Shown here: in pieces, positions 38,272 through 51,800 of the stretch
Layout of the letters: each line of letters begins with the position of its first letter
How positions within the stretch are numbered: the first letter of the stretch is position 1
From: Selaginella moellendorffii
Taxonomy: Eukaryota > Plantae > Lycopodiophyta
Reading direction: 5' to 3'
Length of the DNA stretch: 64,000 nt
NCBI RefSeq assembly: GCF_000143415.4
Contig: NW_003314348.1
Location: 376,227 to 440,226, forward strand
Program-made: the position numbers and the translations under genes
The notes under the pieces: model-generated
What the model was told of the DNA's origin: nothing
The model's database searches: none
The model's input: only the letters and a program-made list of their open reading frames with translations

Positions 38272-40854
38272 TGGCGCCTGCCAGACCAGGGTAAGCTCTC
38301 GCGATTCTACTGCTAGATCTTGCTCGATCGTTCTAGATAGTCTCTTCTTGCGGAGTTGCCCTAAGATTCTTGGAAATCCAGGAAACCCGTGAGAAGAAAT
38401 ATCGAGACTAACCTCATTGAGATGGATTTGGACGATGACGATGAGGAAGATCCCAACATTGGCGAAGACATGCTTCTAAGTCCAGTGAGTGCTCGCCGGA
38501 GAAATTTTCTTTTAGCTCTTTGTTTGAAGTTGCTCTACACAGGAGGAGATCAAGATCTTAGGCGATAGAGGATTTGACACCGTTGTAGAACGGCTTAAAG
38601 TGCAACTCAGTAAGGTTTGCTTTTGCGCTTGCCAAAGCACTTGGCAACTTTTCTTTGCTCCTTTCGTTTTTGCTTTCTTCTTTCTTCCGATAACTTAAAT
38701 TTTGTCGTTGATTTTTTGCAGCTGCCAAAACTTCGAGAATCGAGCACTTGAAAGACGTGATCGCGCAGCTCGAGAGTGATGTTGAAAAGGCCAGGAAGCT
38801 CATTCCCAAACAAGACATATCAAAGAGCGTGCTGCTAGACAAGGAGCGTTCGCGGTGGCGTATACGGAAACTGCAAGGCGAGGTCACTACACTGAGCTCG
38901 CAAGTCCGCTACTTCAAGGGTGAGAATGAGAAGCAGCAAGCGGAGGAACACGGCAACGAACAGCGGGTATGAAAACTTTTTCCTCGCTCACAAACTTTGG
39001 CGAAGCTAAAACAAATCAAGATAAATGTTATGTGCAGATCGAACACCTGCAGGAGGAGCTCGATAAAGAACGAGATCGCGTCCAGAAGATGTCCATCGAG
39101 CTCGCAGCTTGTAGAAGAAGGGAGGCGGAGCACAGGAACCTCTTAGTGGAGGTGAAAACGTTGCGAGCCGAGAAGAACAGGCAAGAACACGAGCGCCGGA
39201 GCACCGCTTACATTCTCAAAGTCAACAAGATGCAACGGGCAGAACACATGAGGCTCTTCCGACGAGAAGTGCCAGGCCTCAACGATCTCAGCGATACTTT
39301 TCCATATGGAAAGCGTGTTCGTCGAAAGGTGACACTGGCGAGACCGAGCTCCGCGGCGTCGGAAAAGAGAAAGATTTCGATCGCAAGAACAGTCGATGGT
39401 TAGTGTTCTCGAGAGTCTTCCACGGCACTTGCTTATCCACAGCTCTTGCAGGCTCTTCCATTGAATCTTTACGAGAACAGCAGGAGAAACAAGCAAGACC
39501 CGAGGTATAGCAATTTTTTTGTCGCTCTCTTCGCGTGAAAATTAACGTGAAAATCAACTGCAGTTGCCATGCCCGTTGCTTCTCCCGAGACAAATCGACA
39601 GCATGTCTGCCTCAAAGAAATCCCATGCAACGCGACCTCTTGCGTTGCTCATTCCGAAATGCGGCATAGAAATCAAGCAGGTGCCTGTGTTGATCACAAG
39701 GAGGAGGAGCTCAGTGAAATTCTCCCGAGAGGAAAATCCAAAGCTCACAGTGCTTCTCCCGGGAAAAGTCGCGAAACAGCTTGGACAGCCAGAGCTTGTA
39801 TCCTACGACACGGTCTTCAACCGGCAAGCAGGGAACAGGGATCAGACCATTAAGCTGCTCCTTCCAAGGCAATCAAAACAGAGCCAGTTCCAGGAAGAAC
39901 AGAACGAAGAGCTTAGGCCCGACGTCCAACCGTGTGATCAACCGACGCGAGCTCTGATTGAGAAGTACGAGAGGGACGAACTGGAGACGAAACAGGAGAT
40001 GAAGCAGCTGCGAATGAACCTCGGAATGAAAATGCAGACGATAAAAAACATGAGCACTCAGCTGGCCAAGAGGGACGAGGAAATCAAGGCATTACAGGCA
40101 CTAGCAGGCTCGCCGCTTCCAAGGCCAAGCACTCCCGATCCAAACGACGAAAGCGACGAAGAAGAGCGGGACTACAATCAGCACTACATAAAGCAGCTGC
40201 AAATGGACTCGTCCCTCAAAGCCCAGGTTGTCAAAAACTTGACCCTCCAACTCCAGAGGAGGGACGAAGAACTCAAGCAGTTCCAGAGCTCTGAAGGCGT
40301 GTCAATGCCGAGAGCGTTCAGAGACTCGTCCCAAAGCAACAACGCCCAGCAAGTGATAAAACAACTCCAAGTGGAGCTGGGGATCAAACTGGACGCGATA
40401 AGAAACTTGAACGACCAACTCGACAAGAGGGACCACGAGATCAGCCTCCTCCACAGGCAGCTCGAAGTAACAAACGAGAAGAAAAAGACATGGAATGTCT
40501 GGGAGAACAGATGTTACGAGGAACCAGTGAAACAGACTCCAGCAAGCGCAAACTCGCTTGACCTTCGGAAAAGGATTGTAGAGCTCGAGATGGACTTGAG
40601 AGCCGCCAGAACCGAAGCCGACAAGCTCAGAGCCACCGCTGATCCAGAGTTTCTTGAAGAAATCGAGCGCGTCAGGACGGAAAACCAAGAACTTAATCAG
40701 GTACCTGGTTTTTGGCTCGACTTCTTTAGCTGATGCTTGCTTTTATCGATGGATTGCTTCCCAGTTGTGTGAGCGCTATGAGAAGATGCTGCATTCTTAC
40801 TGTGGCCAACTCGGCGTCCCGTTCAAACCTCTCAGGAGCGAAGGACTGAGGTGA
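38272..40854 (+). CDS. Hypothetical multi-exon coiled-coil protein
   Basis: ATG at 38272 followed by a GTAAGC donor; heptad-rich exons (38748-38972, 39040-39400, 39564-40700) with three internal repeats of (I)KQLQ.xL..K...IKNL..QL.KRD.EI. Confidence 0.6.
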
Positions 40855-40926
40855 GCTCACGCTCCCTTATCTTAGTATAGCAAACATATTGTTTTGAGAA
40901 TCCATCCTAGCTGACTTTGAGAGAGC

Positions 40927-42780
40927 TTACTGTGTCACCTCCACGCCACTCTCTGGAGACATATCCCTCCCTGTTTCGTCATCGTCCTCGTCCTCGTCCT
41001 CGTACTCCTCTGCTCTTCTAACAAACTGTCCCTTGACCCGGGGCCTCTGCTCAGCCAAACGCTTGCGACTTGCATATCTGATCTTCTTCTCGTAGCACCT
41101 GTCCTTCCGCTTTTGCCTGAACTTGTGTAGCGCTGCCTCTCTCCGCTCCGCTACGCCAGCTTTTCTCTCGGGTCCAACTTGAGGCAACGCTGCGGCGTTC
41201 CAAGGGACCTGTTGCGATGGTATGTGCAGAGGAAAAGGATAGTACGAGAACGCTGCTGCCGGGATGGGAGTAGCCTCTGGCGGCGGCACAGCTTGATAGT
41301 AGTGTATCGGTGGCTGTAGCAGCGTCGAGGGGTGGATCGAGTGCGGCACCATGAGCGGCGGGATGATGTGAGCCTGGTTGAAGACGCCGGTAGCAGCGTG
41401 AGCAGCAGCGGCAGCAGCAGCACGGGGGTCGTTTATCTGTAACACCTGGTATTGTTCCGCTGCTCCAGTCGTGGAGGAGCTACTCCATGGTATTGAATGC
41501 TGGTGGTGGTGGTGGTGGTGGTGGTGGCTTTGCTCTGGATCATCATCGGGTTCCTGCGTTTGAGTTAACTCAGCCGCTTGGTTTCCTCTTGCTCCGACCT
41601 GGCCTGGTTCTTCTAAGTCTAGAGGCTGCTGCGATGTTCCTACAGGCACTTCCATGCACGTAGGGGGCTGTGTCGTCGAATCGGGTTTTTCAGCGTTCGT
41701 TGTCCTGCTGACGAGCCTTGTGTAGCTCAAGAATGCGGAAGATTGGCCCAGTTTCAGTTCGCTCTTCCTTAGAGGAGACGGTCTTCTTTCTGGAAGAGAA
41801 AAGCTATAAGGCTTTTTGAAAGAAAGATGGTAGCCACACTTGCAAACTCACCTGGTTCACCAATCTCTGTTGTTCTTGTGGAATCTTTGGACTTCGGCGT
41901 CAGTGACAATTCTAGCTCGGGTGCCTGCCATACTTCGAACGTTAAGCTTTTTCCCAGAAGAAATAGTCAGAAAACAACTAACCTGTTCTTCGTCTTCGGA
42001 GATTGGTTTAAGCTTCTTGACTTTGTTGTCGTTGCTATCCTCCGAAAAGATGTCAGTGCTGAAAGTGTTCGACTCACTCGTATCCGAGACAAAAATCTCG
42101 GCTATGGTGTTTCTGCTCGACAAGTGTCCCTTGAGTATGTGTTTTTCTGTGAGTCCTAGCTGCGAAAAGAGAGAAGAAAACAAAACATGCTTCTTTCTAA
42201 GACCAAAAAAACTACCATTCGTCTTCTTCGCCACATATGAGTCCACAGATTGAGCAACTCATTTATGCGCAAAGGCTTCACCAGATAGTCGGCCGCCCCA
42301 AGTTTCAAGCACTTGACAACCACGGCCATCTCATCACGCGCAGACATCACTGCAAAGAAAAACTCGCTCCATCAAAAACAACTCCAAGGAAGAAAGATCG
42401 TTTCATCTAAGCACAAAAGAAGATTTACTTACTGACGATTGGAATGTGCTTGAAATTCTCCGACTTCACAATATGTTTGAGCATCTTAAATCCTCTACCA
42501 TTTGGCAGCTCCACCTCGGAGAGCACCAAATCCACCTTAGAATCAGTGATATTTAGCACCTCCACAACTTGTCTAGCAGTCTTTACAACGGAAACTACAA
42601 AAGGTAAAACAATTGCCAAACGTTACTAGATAGATCAAACTTTCGCACAGATCACTACATACCTTGATATGAACAGCGGCACAGCAGCTCTTTCACCTCT
42701 TGCGCGGTGGCCGAATCCTTATCACACAGAAGAATGCGTACTCGGCTTCTATCAAACCCGATCTTTCCCTCGCCCTCCAT
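40927..42780 (-). CDS. TOC1: Pseudo-response regulator, TOC1/PRR1 type; multi-exon
   Basis: [13 protein letters not shown] (TOC1-type start); pseudo-receiver [10 protein letters not shown] with E at the phospho-site; [13 protein letters not shown]; CCT domain [43 protein letters not shown]. Confidence 0.92.
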
Positions 42781-42976
42781 CCTCTTATCGGCCACCGCTA
42801 CACGCGAGGATTTCTACCGCATTTGTGCTGAATGCGAAGATTCATCCTCCACAGAGAGAATGCGGTCGAATTGAAGCCCTAAGCTCGATTCACACATACC
42901 GATCGTGAGCGCCGTGGGAGGAACCCTACTCTCTTTCTCCTCCGGCCATGGCAAATTAAACTAGAAAGAGAGAGGG

Positions 42977-42985
42977 AGATATTTT
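42977..42985 (-). promoter_or_regulatory. Evening element AAAATATCT upstream of TOC1
   Basis: AGATATTTT on +, ~200 bp 5' of the TOC1 ATG. Confidence 0.8.
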
Positions 42986-43086
42986 TCTTTACCTCTGGTG
43001 AAAACCGTGGTAACTGGCTTTGCGGCTGTTCCATATTGCGCCACGTCACCACACTGTAAAAGAGCAAAGTGAATGCCACCTCGAGG

Positions 43087-43108
43087 CCAATAGTGATTGT
43101 CCACGTGG
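43087..43108 (+). promoter_or_regulatory. ERSE (CCAAT-N9-CCACG) overlapping a palindromic G-box CCACGTGG
   Basis: CCAAT agtgattgt CCACG TGG; an additional GCCACGTCA (C/G-box hybrid) lies at 43040-43048. Confidence 0.65.
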
Positions 43109-43324
43109 TGGCGAGGCGATATCTTGTGGGTGGCGCAAACGTGGACGATGAGATCTCCACCGCACTTTCAACCCAGCGGCCTGGATCTCTCGCTCTTAAA
43201 GTTTAAAAGGGTCTACGAGAATATTCTAGAATCTCTTTCAGCGCTTGAGAAATTTGGGAGCTCATTTGGCGATGGAGCTCCGGAGCTGCCGATCGAGCGT
43301 CAATCCTTCGCTGCCAAGGCCGCA

Positions 43325-44896
43325 ATGGGAGGCGCAAGTGAGGTAACATCAATGTCCGGCATTCTTGCTCGATCGAGCGCTTGCTTGCCTGTATACCCTA
43401 AGCAGCGATCGTGTCGATTCCCAGGGATGTATGCAGGGCGCTGGTGAGCGGATGGTCGGATCTGGGAGATGACGATCTTGCGATCTCTGAAATCTCTGGT
43501 GGCATCACGAATTTGCGTAAGAAAAAATACGATGAACTTGCTAGCGAGCGAGGTTAAAGTTTGCGTTTCTAGTGCTAAAGGTCTTGGACAAGAAACAGAA
43601 TGAAGCTGTTACAGTGCGAATTTTTGGTCCCAACACCGACGCTGTCATCGACCGGAAGCGCGAACTCCAGGTGTCAAGCTGAGAGTGTCTCAATCTCCAT
43701 CCACGTTTTGATCCATGGAGCTAAGTTTGCTGTATGTTGTAGGTGCTGCCACATCTTTCGGAATCAGATTTTGGAGCAAAGCTCGTGGGATTATTTGAGA
43801 ATGGCATGATACAGTCCTTCATTGAAGCACGGACACTCGTTCCAGTAGGTGTGATTTATATCGAGTACTTCTTTTTTGCCTTGATTGTCACTTTTTCTTC
43901 TCCTTCCCAGACTTGTCCAAGCCAAATGTAGCCTCGCTTATTGCAAAGGAGCTGCGAAGGCTACATTCGTTGCAGATACCCGGATCAAAGGAGCCTCAAC
44001 TTTGGGAGGATATTCTCAAGTTTTATGACAAAGGTATGTCTTCTTCTTTTCTTTCCTTTTTACCTTCATACATTACAACGTTTGGCAGCAAGGCTGGTAT
44101 CATTTGAGGATAATGCAAAACAGGAGAGGTTAGGGGAAGTGTCATTTTCGCGACTGATGGACGACATAAAAATGCTGAAGGTGGAGTTCCTATCGTGATT
44201 GACACATCCTAAGTTTGTATTACATGATGCAGGGCATCAGCGACTCCTTGAAAGCGCCGATCGTATTTTCTCACAACGATCTTTTATCAGGCAATATCAT
44301 GCTCAATGAAGCTAGCGGTACATATATCTCTTCACATTTCGGAAGCCTTTCTAACTCGGTACTTTCAGGCCGGCTCCATCTCATTGATTTTGAGTATGGT
44401 TCTTACAGCTACCGAGGCTATGATATTGGAAATCACTTCAACGAGTATGCCGGCTTTGAATGCGACTATTCCTTGTAAGCCATCTTACTCTCTCATGTTT
44501 AAACTCAAAAGTTTGCCAGGTACCCGAACAAGGAGGCACAGTACCACTTCTTCAGGCACTACTTGTCTCCTATAGATCCATCGAAGGTGCGTGTGTACTA
44601 CAGTTTGCTGGACAACAATGTTGTTTCTCTGTAGGTCTCCGACGACGAACTTGAAGTTTTGTTTGTAGAGACGAATTTCTATGCGCTCGTTTCTCATTTG
44701 TATTGGGCGATATGGGCCATCGTCCAGGTAAAAACAAAGTTGAGCAGTAAATGGCATGTGACATCTGTATTTGCAGGCAAAGTTCTCACCAATCAACTTC
44801 GACTACCTTGGATATCATTGCCTGAGGTACAAAGAGTACGAGAGACGCAAGAAAGAACTCGCCGTGTTCTCGATCGTCAACATCTGCAAGCAATAA
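43325..44896 (+). CDS. CEK4: Choline/ethanolamine kinase (ethanolamine kinase clade); multi-exon
   Basis: ISGGITNL, VTVRIFGPNT, FGAKLVGLFENGMIQSFI, Brenner motif FSHNDLLSGN, IDFEYGSYSYRGYDIGNHFNEY, SHLYWAIWA. Confidence 0.88.
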
Positions 44897-45018
44897 GTAG
44901 TCACTAGGTACAAGTAGGCCTTGCTAATTGTCATACTTTCTTCCTCTTGCAAGTAAAGGATCTTAGGCTGTCCCATTTGCGTTCATTGGATTGAAAACGC
45001 CGTCTTGCAGAAGAGAGA

Positions 45019-46019
45019 ATGGCCCTGACGAGGATTGGAGGTCCAGCAACAGCAGCAATGCCATCGCTACCACAAGTTCGAGCAGTGTCCAATGAATTGT
45101 GCTCGTGGAAGTATTTGGTGGGTAAGAGGGCAATCATTACGAGCAGCAAGAGCTGGCTACTAGAAGTTCGCCGTGGAGGATTGCGTTCTTCTCGACGGCT
45201 CCGCTCTACTGGAGAGAATTCTGATTCTTCGACCCCAAGTAGCCAGGTTTGTTCCAAGTCTTAATTTTTTGGTTTTTTGGTTTTAATCCCAGTTTCCTCT
45301 TTTGTAGAATGGTGAAGCTCAACCAAGCGCTCCTCCATCAAAACCTCCTCCAAGTCCTAGTCCACCTCCAGTTCCAAGTAAGACTGGAAATCGTATCGTA
45401 GCTCTTGTTTCTGCTGCTGCTGCAGTGTGCTTATTTTTGGCCAACAGAGGCGCTGGGGTCGGCCCAAACTTGAGCGAGCTCTCAGCAAAAGCGATGCCAT
45501 ACGAAGAGGTATCCATCTCGTTGACTCATCAAGATTCGTCTCGTTACAGGCCTAAGTTTTCTTCTTCACCTGCAGGCGATTCACAATGGCAAGCCTACTG
45601 TCGTCGAGTTCTACGCAGACTGGTGTGAGGTGTGCCGTGAGATGGCTCGCGATGTCTACTCGGTGGAAGAGAAGTACAGGTAATTCTTGCGTGACAACTC
45701 TGGCTTTTGCTGATATGTTTATGCGGAATGGAGCAGAGACCGCGTGAACTTTGTGATGCTGAATGTGGACAACAGTAAATGGGAGGCAGAGCTAGACGAA
45801 TTTGGCGTGGAAGGCATCCCACACTTCGCATTCTTGGATGGGAAGGGCAATGAGGAAGGCAACATAGTGGGCAGGCTACCAAAGAAGTATTTTGCTGAAA
45901 ATGTGGATGCACTTGCAAAGGGACAGGAGACGATTCCACACTCCAAGGCTGTAGGCCAGTTCTCTGATGCCGAGCTGCGTCAGTCTCCACGGATGGCTTC
46001 ACCTCGGACACATGGATGA
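45019..46019 (+). CDS. HCF164: Thylakoid lumen-side thioredoxin-like protein HCF164; 4 exons
   Basis: Transit peptide, TM segment, [28 protein letters not shown]...[25 protein letters not shown]-terminal PRTHG. Confidence 0.93.
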
Positions 46020-46769
46020 CAAGGCCCAAGGAATGGCTAGTATATTTTAGTATATGTTTGTTACTCATGCTTTGATTGGTGCTTCATCTTTGTGAACATT
46101 GATTATTAGTTATTTTTTTGAGAACCTCATGTATAAATTAAGTTCCTTGACTTAGAAGTGTATTATAAAACAGTAATAGATATAAATAGTAATGGGATTA
46201 TGGCAATTAATATGTGATTACACTAGGGAGCATTATGTATTTATACATGGGTTGTGGTAATTAATCTAAAAACTGTAGCTTATATATAAAAGCAAGATTA
46301 AAACCAATTTAATAGCTATCAAAATCCTATACTTGATCATCCCTTCTTCTCAGAAGAATGGAAAACAGTCAAAGTTCTCTAATGAACAAGCCAAGATTTG
46401 AAGGAACATTAAGTAGTAATGGATCTATAGATGGTGTTAATTGTTCTTAATTCCTTTATATAAAGTGTTTAAACTACTATATATCCATAATTTTTGGAGG
46501 ATCAGCCTATTGGATGTCATATCAAACTTTATAAACTTGCAACATTTAATATAGTTTTGTGAGACACAAAATCCCTAGGCCCCAAAGTGGAGCCGAAAGG
46601 CTGCCACGTGGTAGTGGCTGACGTGAAAATCAAACGAGCATAACACATTTGGATTAAAAGTTCTGACTTGAAAGGTCGAGAGCGGAAGTGAAACTCTCAA
46701 CGACGTGCTCAAGGAACAAGCACGGAGCAAGTAATAAGTGAGTCTCTAAAAAAAAAGGGACACAAGAGG

Positions 46770-47200
46770 ACCCGAGATGGAGTCTAAGATGGAGTCCGAG
46801 AAAGACTCGAGTTAGAGTCTGAGATGGACCCAAGTTGGAGTCCGAGATGGAGTCCGATATGGACCGAGATGGAGTCCGAGATGGATCCGAGATGGACCCC
46901 AGTTGGAGTCCAAGATGGACCTAAGTTGGAGTCCGAGATGGAGTCCGAGATGGAGTCCGATATGGACCGAGATGGAGTCCGAGATGGACTTGAGATGGAG
47001 TCCAAGATGGACCCGAGATGGAGTCCGAGATGGAGTCTGAGAAGGACCCGAGATGGAGTCCGAAGTCGAGACTGAGACCAAGACTGAGACCGAGACCGGG
47101 ACCGAGACCGAGACCGAGACTGAGACCGAGACCGAGACCGAGGCCGAGCCCAAGCCCGAGTCCAAGTTCGAGTCCAAGCCCGAGTCCGAGTTCGAGTCTG
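46770..47200. repeat. Hexamer/12-mer minisatellite inside family B LTR (GAGATG-GAGTCC, GAGACC, GAGTCC blocks)
   Basis: Directly visible tandem units. Confidence 0.95.
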
Positions 47201-47289
47201 AGAGGATGAAAGCCCAAAGTGTTCGTCTCCCAGACCCTGGGGGGTTTGGTGAGCTCTAAAAGTATAGTAATGGGGAGGACTATAGTGAA

Positions 47290-47385
47290 GCCAGTTTGGC
47301 CAGGAAAGGCCAGTTTGGCCAGGAAAGGCGAGTTTGGCCAGGAAAGGCTAGTTTGGCCAGGAAAGGCTAGTTTGGCCCAGGAAGG
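47290..47385. repeat. 19-bp tandem repeat x5 (GCCAGTTTGGCCAGGAAAG)
   Basis: Five copies here versus two in the homolog at ~63140-63175. Confidence 0.9.
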
Positions 47386-48865
47386 CTGTACCCAGTGTTG
47401 GGTGATGAGCTGCCCACTGGGAAGTCCAAGACTAGAGTGAACACAAACAAACAAGTGGGGTAGCTTGGTGAAGTGTTCAAGAGCCAGCTCTAGTTCCCCT
47501 AAGAGATCAACTGGCCGATGCTCTCAATCCAAGTGTGGGTGGCATTACCTACTTGGATACCAGGTGTGGCTCAATAGAACCTCGCTCTAAGCCCATGGCT
47601 AGAACACCCAAAGGTGGAAGGCATGGAGAGTATCTAGGAGGCCTGCGTAGGGCCATGGTGTTCCAAAATGTTGTCCCAAAGTCTCAGACTGTGGAAAGGA
47701 AGAGGAGTAGGCCTCTGGTGTAGTGACCAAGGACATAGTCACACGGCAAGGAAGTTCTAGAGGGCCATGGGACTTAGTGGTCAGGCCTATGGGCCTTGAT
47801 TCAGTGGCAGTGTTGGCAAACACGGCCATGGACAGAAAGGGACTTGGTAAGGACCGGAAAGGAGGTATTAGGGAAGGCTATCCCCATGTCTGCGGGCATC
47901 CTAAGGATGCTAAGGAGTGGATCTGAGATGACCACTCATGGATGGAAGACCCAATCTTGGAGAGACAGGGTTGCAATGCAGGTGGCTTTGGACCACCGAT
48001 GTAACCAAGGTAAATGGGCATGGCCTAGCGTAACGGGCTGGTATGTTGGTGGTACCTTGGGTCCCGGTCATGGGATCGGACACGTGGAGCACTTGGACCA
48101 AATGCAAAGGTTGAGTGGCAGGGATGCCATTATCGGGGCTAGCAAGCCCAAGTCCGAAATAGCACTTATGGAGGTTGTGAGTGAGACTCTTCCAAGTGGT
48201 CAAAGGTGTGGTTAAGTGACTAAAGTAGAAAGGAAAAATTAGTCGCTTAAAGCTCTATTTCGTTAAAGTGGGATTTATTCAGTAAAATGGGACTAGGTAC
48301 AAATTTTCAAGTATTTGAAAATGACGTGAAATTATATGTTTTTTGTCCAGGGGCTAGACATATCTGGGGCATGGTGACTAGCGCGGTGACTTTGTGTCCA
48401 GACTGAGTCCATCTGGTTGTATAAAAAATCTCATTGTCAAGGTGAACAAGCCGAATCTGAAGCTAAAGAAGAGCGATGGCATGCGTGCACACACTATTTG
48501 TTTGTTCATTGAGCGTGTGGTGAGCTTTCCAAGATGAACGTCATTCCTATTAGCCAGACATATAACTTAATGGTGAGAACATTTAGATATTATTCAATGT
48601 TATCTTTTTCTAACGAATCTAATTGTGAAGGTGTAGCAAGAGGCATTGCTAGTCTGGAGAAGTCATTTAACTCATTTGACCCTTAGTGTATTTTCATGAA
48701 ACTAAATAACATTCATATTATTAAGGAATTTCTCTAGTACCTTTTTTTTACGACATAGAGGCTTGCATTTCTTTCAAAGGTGATTTAGTAAAAGGCCTGA
48801 GGGCACATGCCATTCTATTTCTCAGACCGGTATTAAGATATACTAGTGCAAAGGGCCACATGCCA

Positions 48866-51800
48866 TCACGCCTCCTCTGATTCAGATTCGGATTGTTCAC
48901 CTTGAAATAAAATACATTAGAAACTTAGTAAAGGAATATTAATGAATCTCACCTTGAACCCGGGTTATGAATGCTCTTGCTGCATCTCTTGCATGGTCTG
49001 GCAAGGTGATGGTGGCACTCTGCTTCCGCATCCAACCATGCACAACATTATCCACCGATATGCTCATGCTGGGATCCCTTGGATTCAGCACCCATCTCTT
49101 TTCTAGGCAAGCTCGTTAGATGGTCAAACTCATAGAGTTTAGAGGGTTTCCTATTGAGTATTGTTTGGGAAAATTGAATGTGGTGGCAGATACTTTATCT
49201 CATGTTTATCATATGACGACATTACAAACATAGTTTTGTCGTCATTTGATCAAGGTGGTCAATGAGTTTGAGCAATTGGTTGCACGTGCTCTGAATCCGG
49301 CTTCTTGTTCCTCGGCCCACAATAGTGATCCTCAACATCGTTATCTGTCACTGCATTTCCAGAGGACATTGTTCCGCTACTATCTGGTGCTCTGGGTTCT
49401 GGCCAAAAGGACTCTTCCAATTCTTCATATACAACCGGCCCATTTTGGATAGCAGATATAATCTTCTCCCAGTATTCGAGCAAAGGCTTGCACCTCTTAA
49501 AATAGGATTCTCCACCAAACACCAACCCCCTCTTCCAGAAGGCAATATGCTGTCTAATCCCGGCCACTATACTTTCCTGGTCTTTGAGTCCATCCGGGTG
49601 CATCGGCCGTGGGGAACCCTGAGGAATCATAGGTTCCCCAATTATGGGATCTCTCTTGAAGAGTTCAATGCCATCCACTGGCAGCCACACTGTGTCCCAT
49701 TCTCTCATCTTGTACCTCATCACTGGAGCACCGTCACGCATGCTGAAATGAAACTGAAGAGGCTTGGAGTGGCCAATCAGCATTTCGGATCCGTCCCTGA
49801 TGTAGCCTCTTACAAACCCCTTAATGTCTGGAACCTCTGTCACAAGTGCAGCTTCAACAGTGCCTTTGATGCAATTTTGGAATTCATCGTAGAGTTGTGG
49901 GAGGGTGAGGACATTGGATCGCCGGAGGGACTCTGCCAGGTGACTGAACATGGCATCGACGTCTTCATGAGTGTGCCCAACCATGAGAAAGCCAAGTGTA
50001 ACCGTTTCAAATATGCCTTTGGCAACAAGCATCGCCAAGTACGCGAAGACGTACATGTTTTTGTTCTCACTGCCAGCATTGTCTGTTTGGAGCAGAAGAT
50101 GGGGTGGAAGGCCACATCGGCCGCAAGAACTTCCTTGAGATTCTGCTTTGTTTGGATGAGGCTGTGCATTCACCGGGCGACCAGCCTCGTCGGAATGACA
50201 TGAGGCCTCACGTGATAACCCTACAATCTGACGGCCAACATATTCACTAGGATGGCATGGGGCCCCACGCGATACTGCAAGCCTTTGCTCCTCCTCCAGC
50301 TGAACCCTGTATGGGGTTCGATCGACAAGGGCCTTATGCAAGGGTTGGCCGTTCAGCTCAGTCTGCGCACTTTGCAGAGACCTTAAGTGTTTTGCTAAGG
50401 ACGCAATCATCATGTTTGCACCCCCGCCACCCCATAGAGGCACAAAGAAGTTCCCATAGTTCTGGGCACCATGCCCATGAGCGATTATGCCAAACAGAGA
50501 CACAGGCAGCTGCATGGATGAAGAGATTGCCTTGGGGGCAGGATTGAGTCGAGGTAAGCACGTCTTTTTCTGATCCATTTTGTCGTGGATGATGCAGAGG
50601 TAAGAGTCAGGTCTCTCCATGGAGAGAATCCTGTTATGATAATATGCAGTCCTGCAGCTTCTCTGCTCGATGTTGTGGTCGAGCCGCCTTCTAACCAACG
50701 TCTCTCGCTCTTGAGCGCTGCAAGAATTCTTCGACAAAGCCATTTTGATAGCAGTGCACTCGTCACACTTTGAAAAGCTGGAGTACTTTCCTATACTCAC
50801 ATCCCTGAACCTGTTGCTCCACAATCTACTAAATCTAGATTGGCTCAGCTTCCTATAGCCATTACTCTGGAGTTCCCGATTCACATCTTCCAATATGGCC
50901 CCCTTGGTATACATGGAAGGGAGAACTCGTTGGGTGTCTCGTGTTCCATCTTCCAAGAGGCGGGTTTTATGTGGTTGCTGCTCGCTACATGTCTCGACAA
51001 ACCTCTTGAAGATTGCCTCTCCATATACAACATGACCCCTGGTTTTGTGCGTACCGTCGTTCCCATGGACTGCCTGTTGAACCCTTTGTTCCTCGAACTC
51101 AGTTTTGATTCTGTAGAATGTGGTTCGAGGGACTTCATAAATGATTCTCCATGCCTTCATGCAGACCAAACCCCTCTGGAAGACCATGCCCCCCACCTGA
51201 TGTTCTGAAGCATCAACAGATGACCGTAATGCCTCATACACAAAATTGCGAGCTGCCTTCCAGGACAATGTCTTGTATCTTGCTCTCTCCTCTTCAATAG
51301 CATCCCAATCAGCATGTTGACAGCACCTCCTCTTGCAACAAGCAACTGTCGAGACCATTCGAACCTCCATCGCCATTTTCTGCCTTTTCGGTTCGTTGCT
51401 CAGATCCCTTTGGCTGCGCTGTAGGAAGGTGTACTTTCTTTTCCCATGAAGAGATGTTCTGTCATCAGTTGTAGTGGTGTTTGATTGTGAATCCTTCACA
51501 TTCTCAAACACTAAATGCCTCAATTTCCACCGCACAATGCTTCCAATAGTCAGACTGTTTTCTTCTATGTCAACAACCTCTAAAATCGCAACTCCAATAT
51601 CATCCCAGCCCAATTCTTGATTAGCAACCGCATCTCTTGGATCGACAACTGTGGCTAAGCCCTCAGCTACCACCTCCCCCTCGGGGTTGTTTAGAAACAC
51701 CTTTGCCTGAATCCATGTAGCACGGTTCTTAAGATCCACGGAGGGAACATGCGTCGCACTTGCGTTGTCCCCAACATCTACTTTCTTCTGAAGATTTTTC

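Noticed and set aside
46784-47454. Ser/Arg/Gly-Leu-rich ORFs on both strands (also 62991-63999)
   Set aside because: Produced by stop-free hexamer tandem repeats within LTRs; no evidence of coding function.
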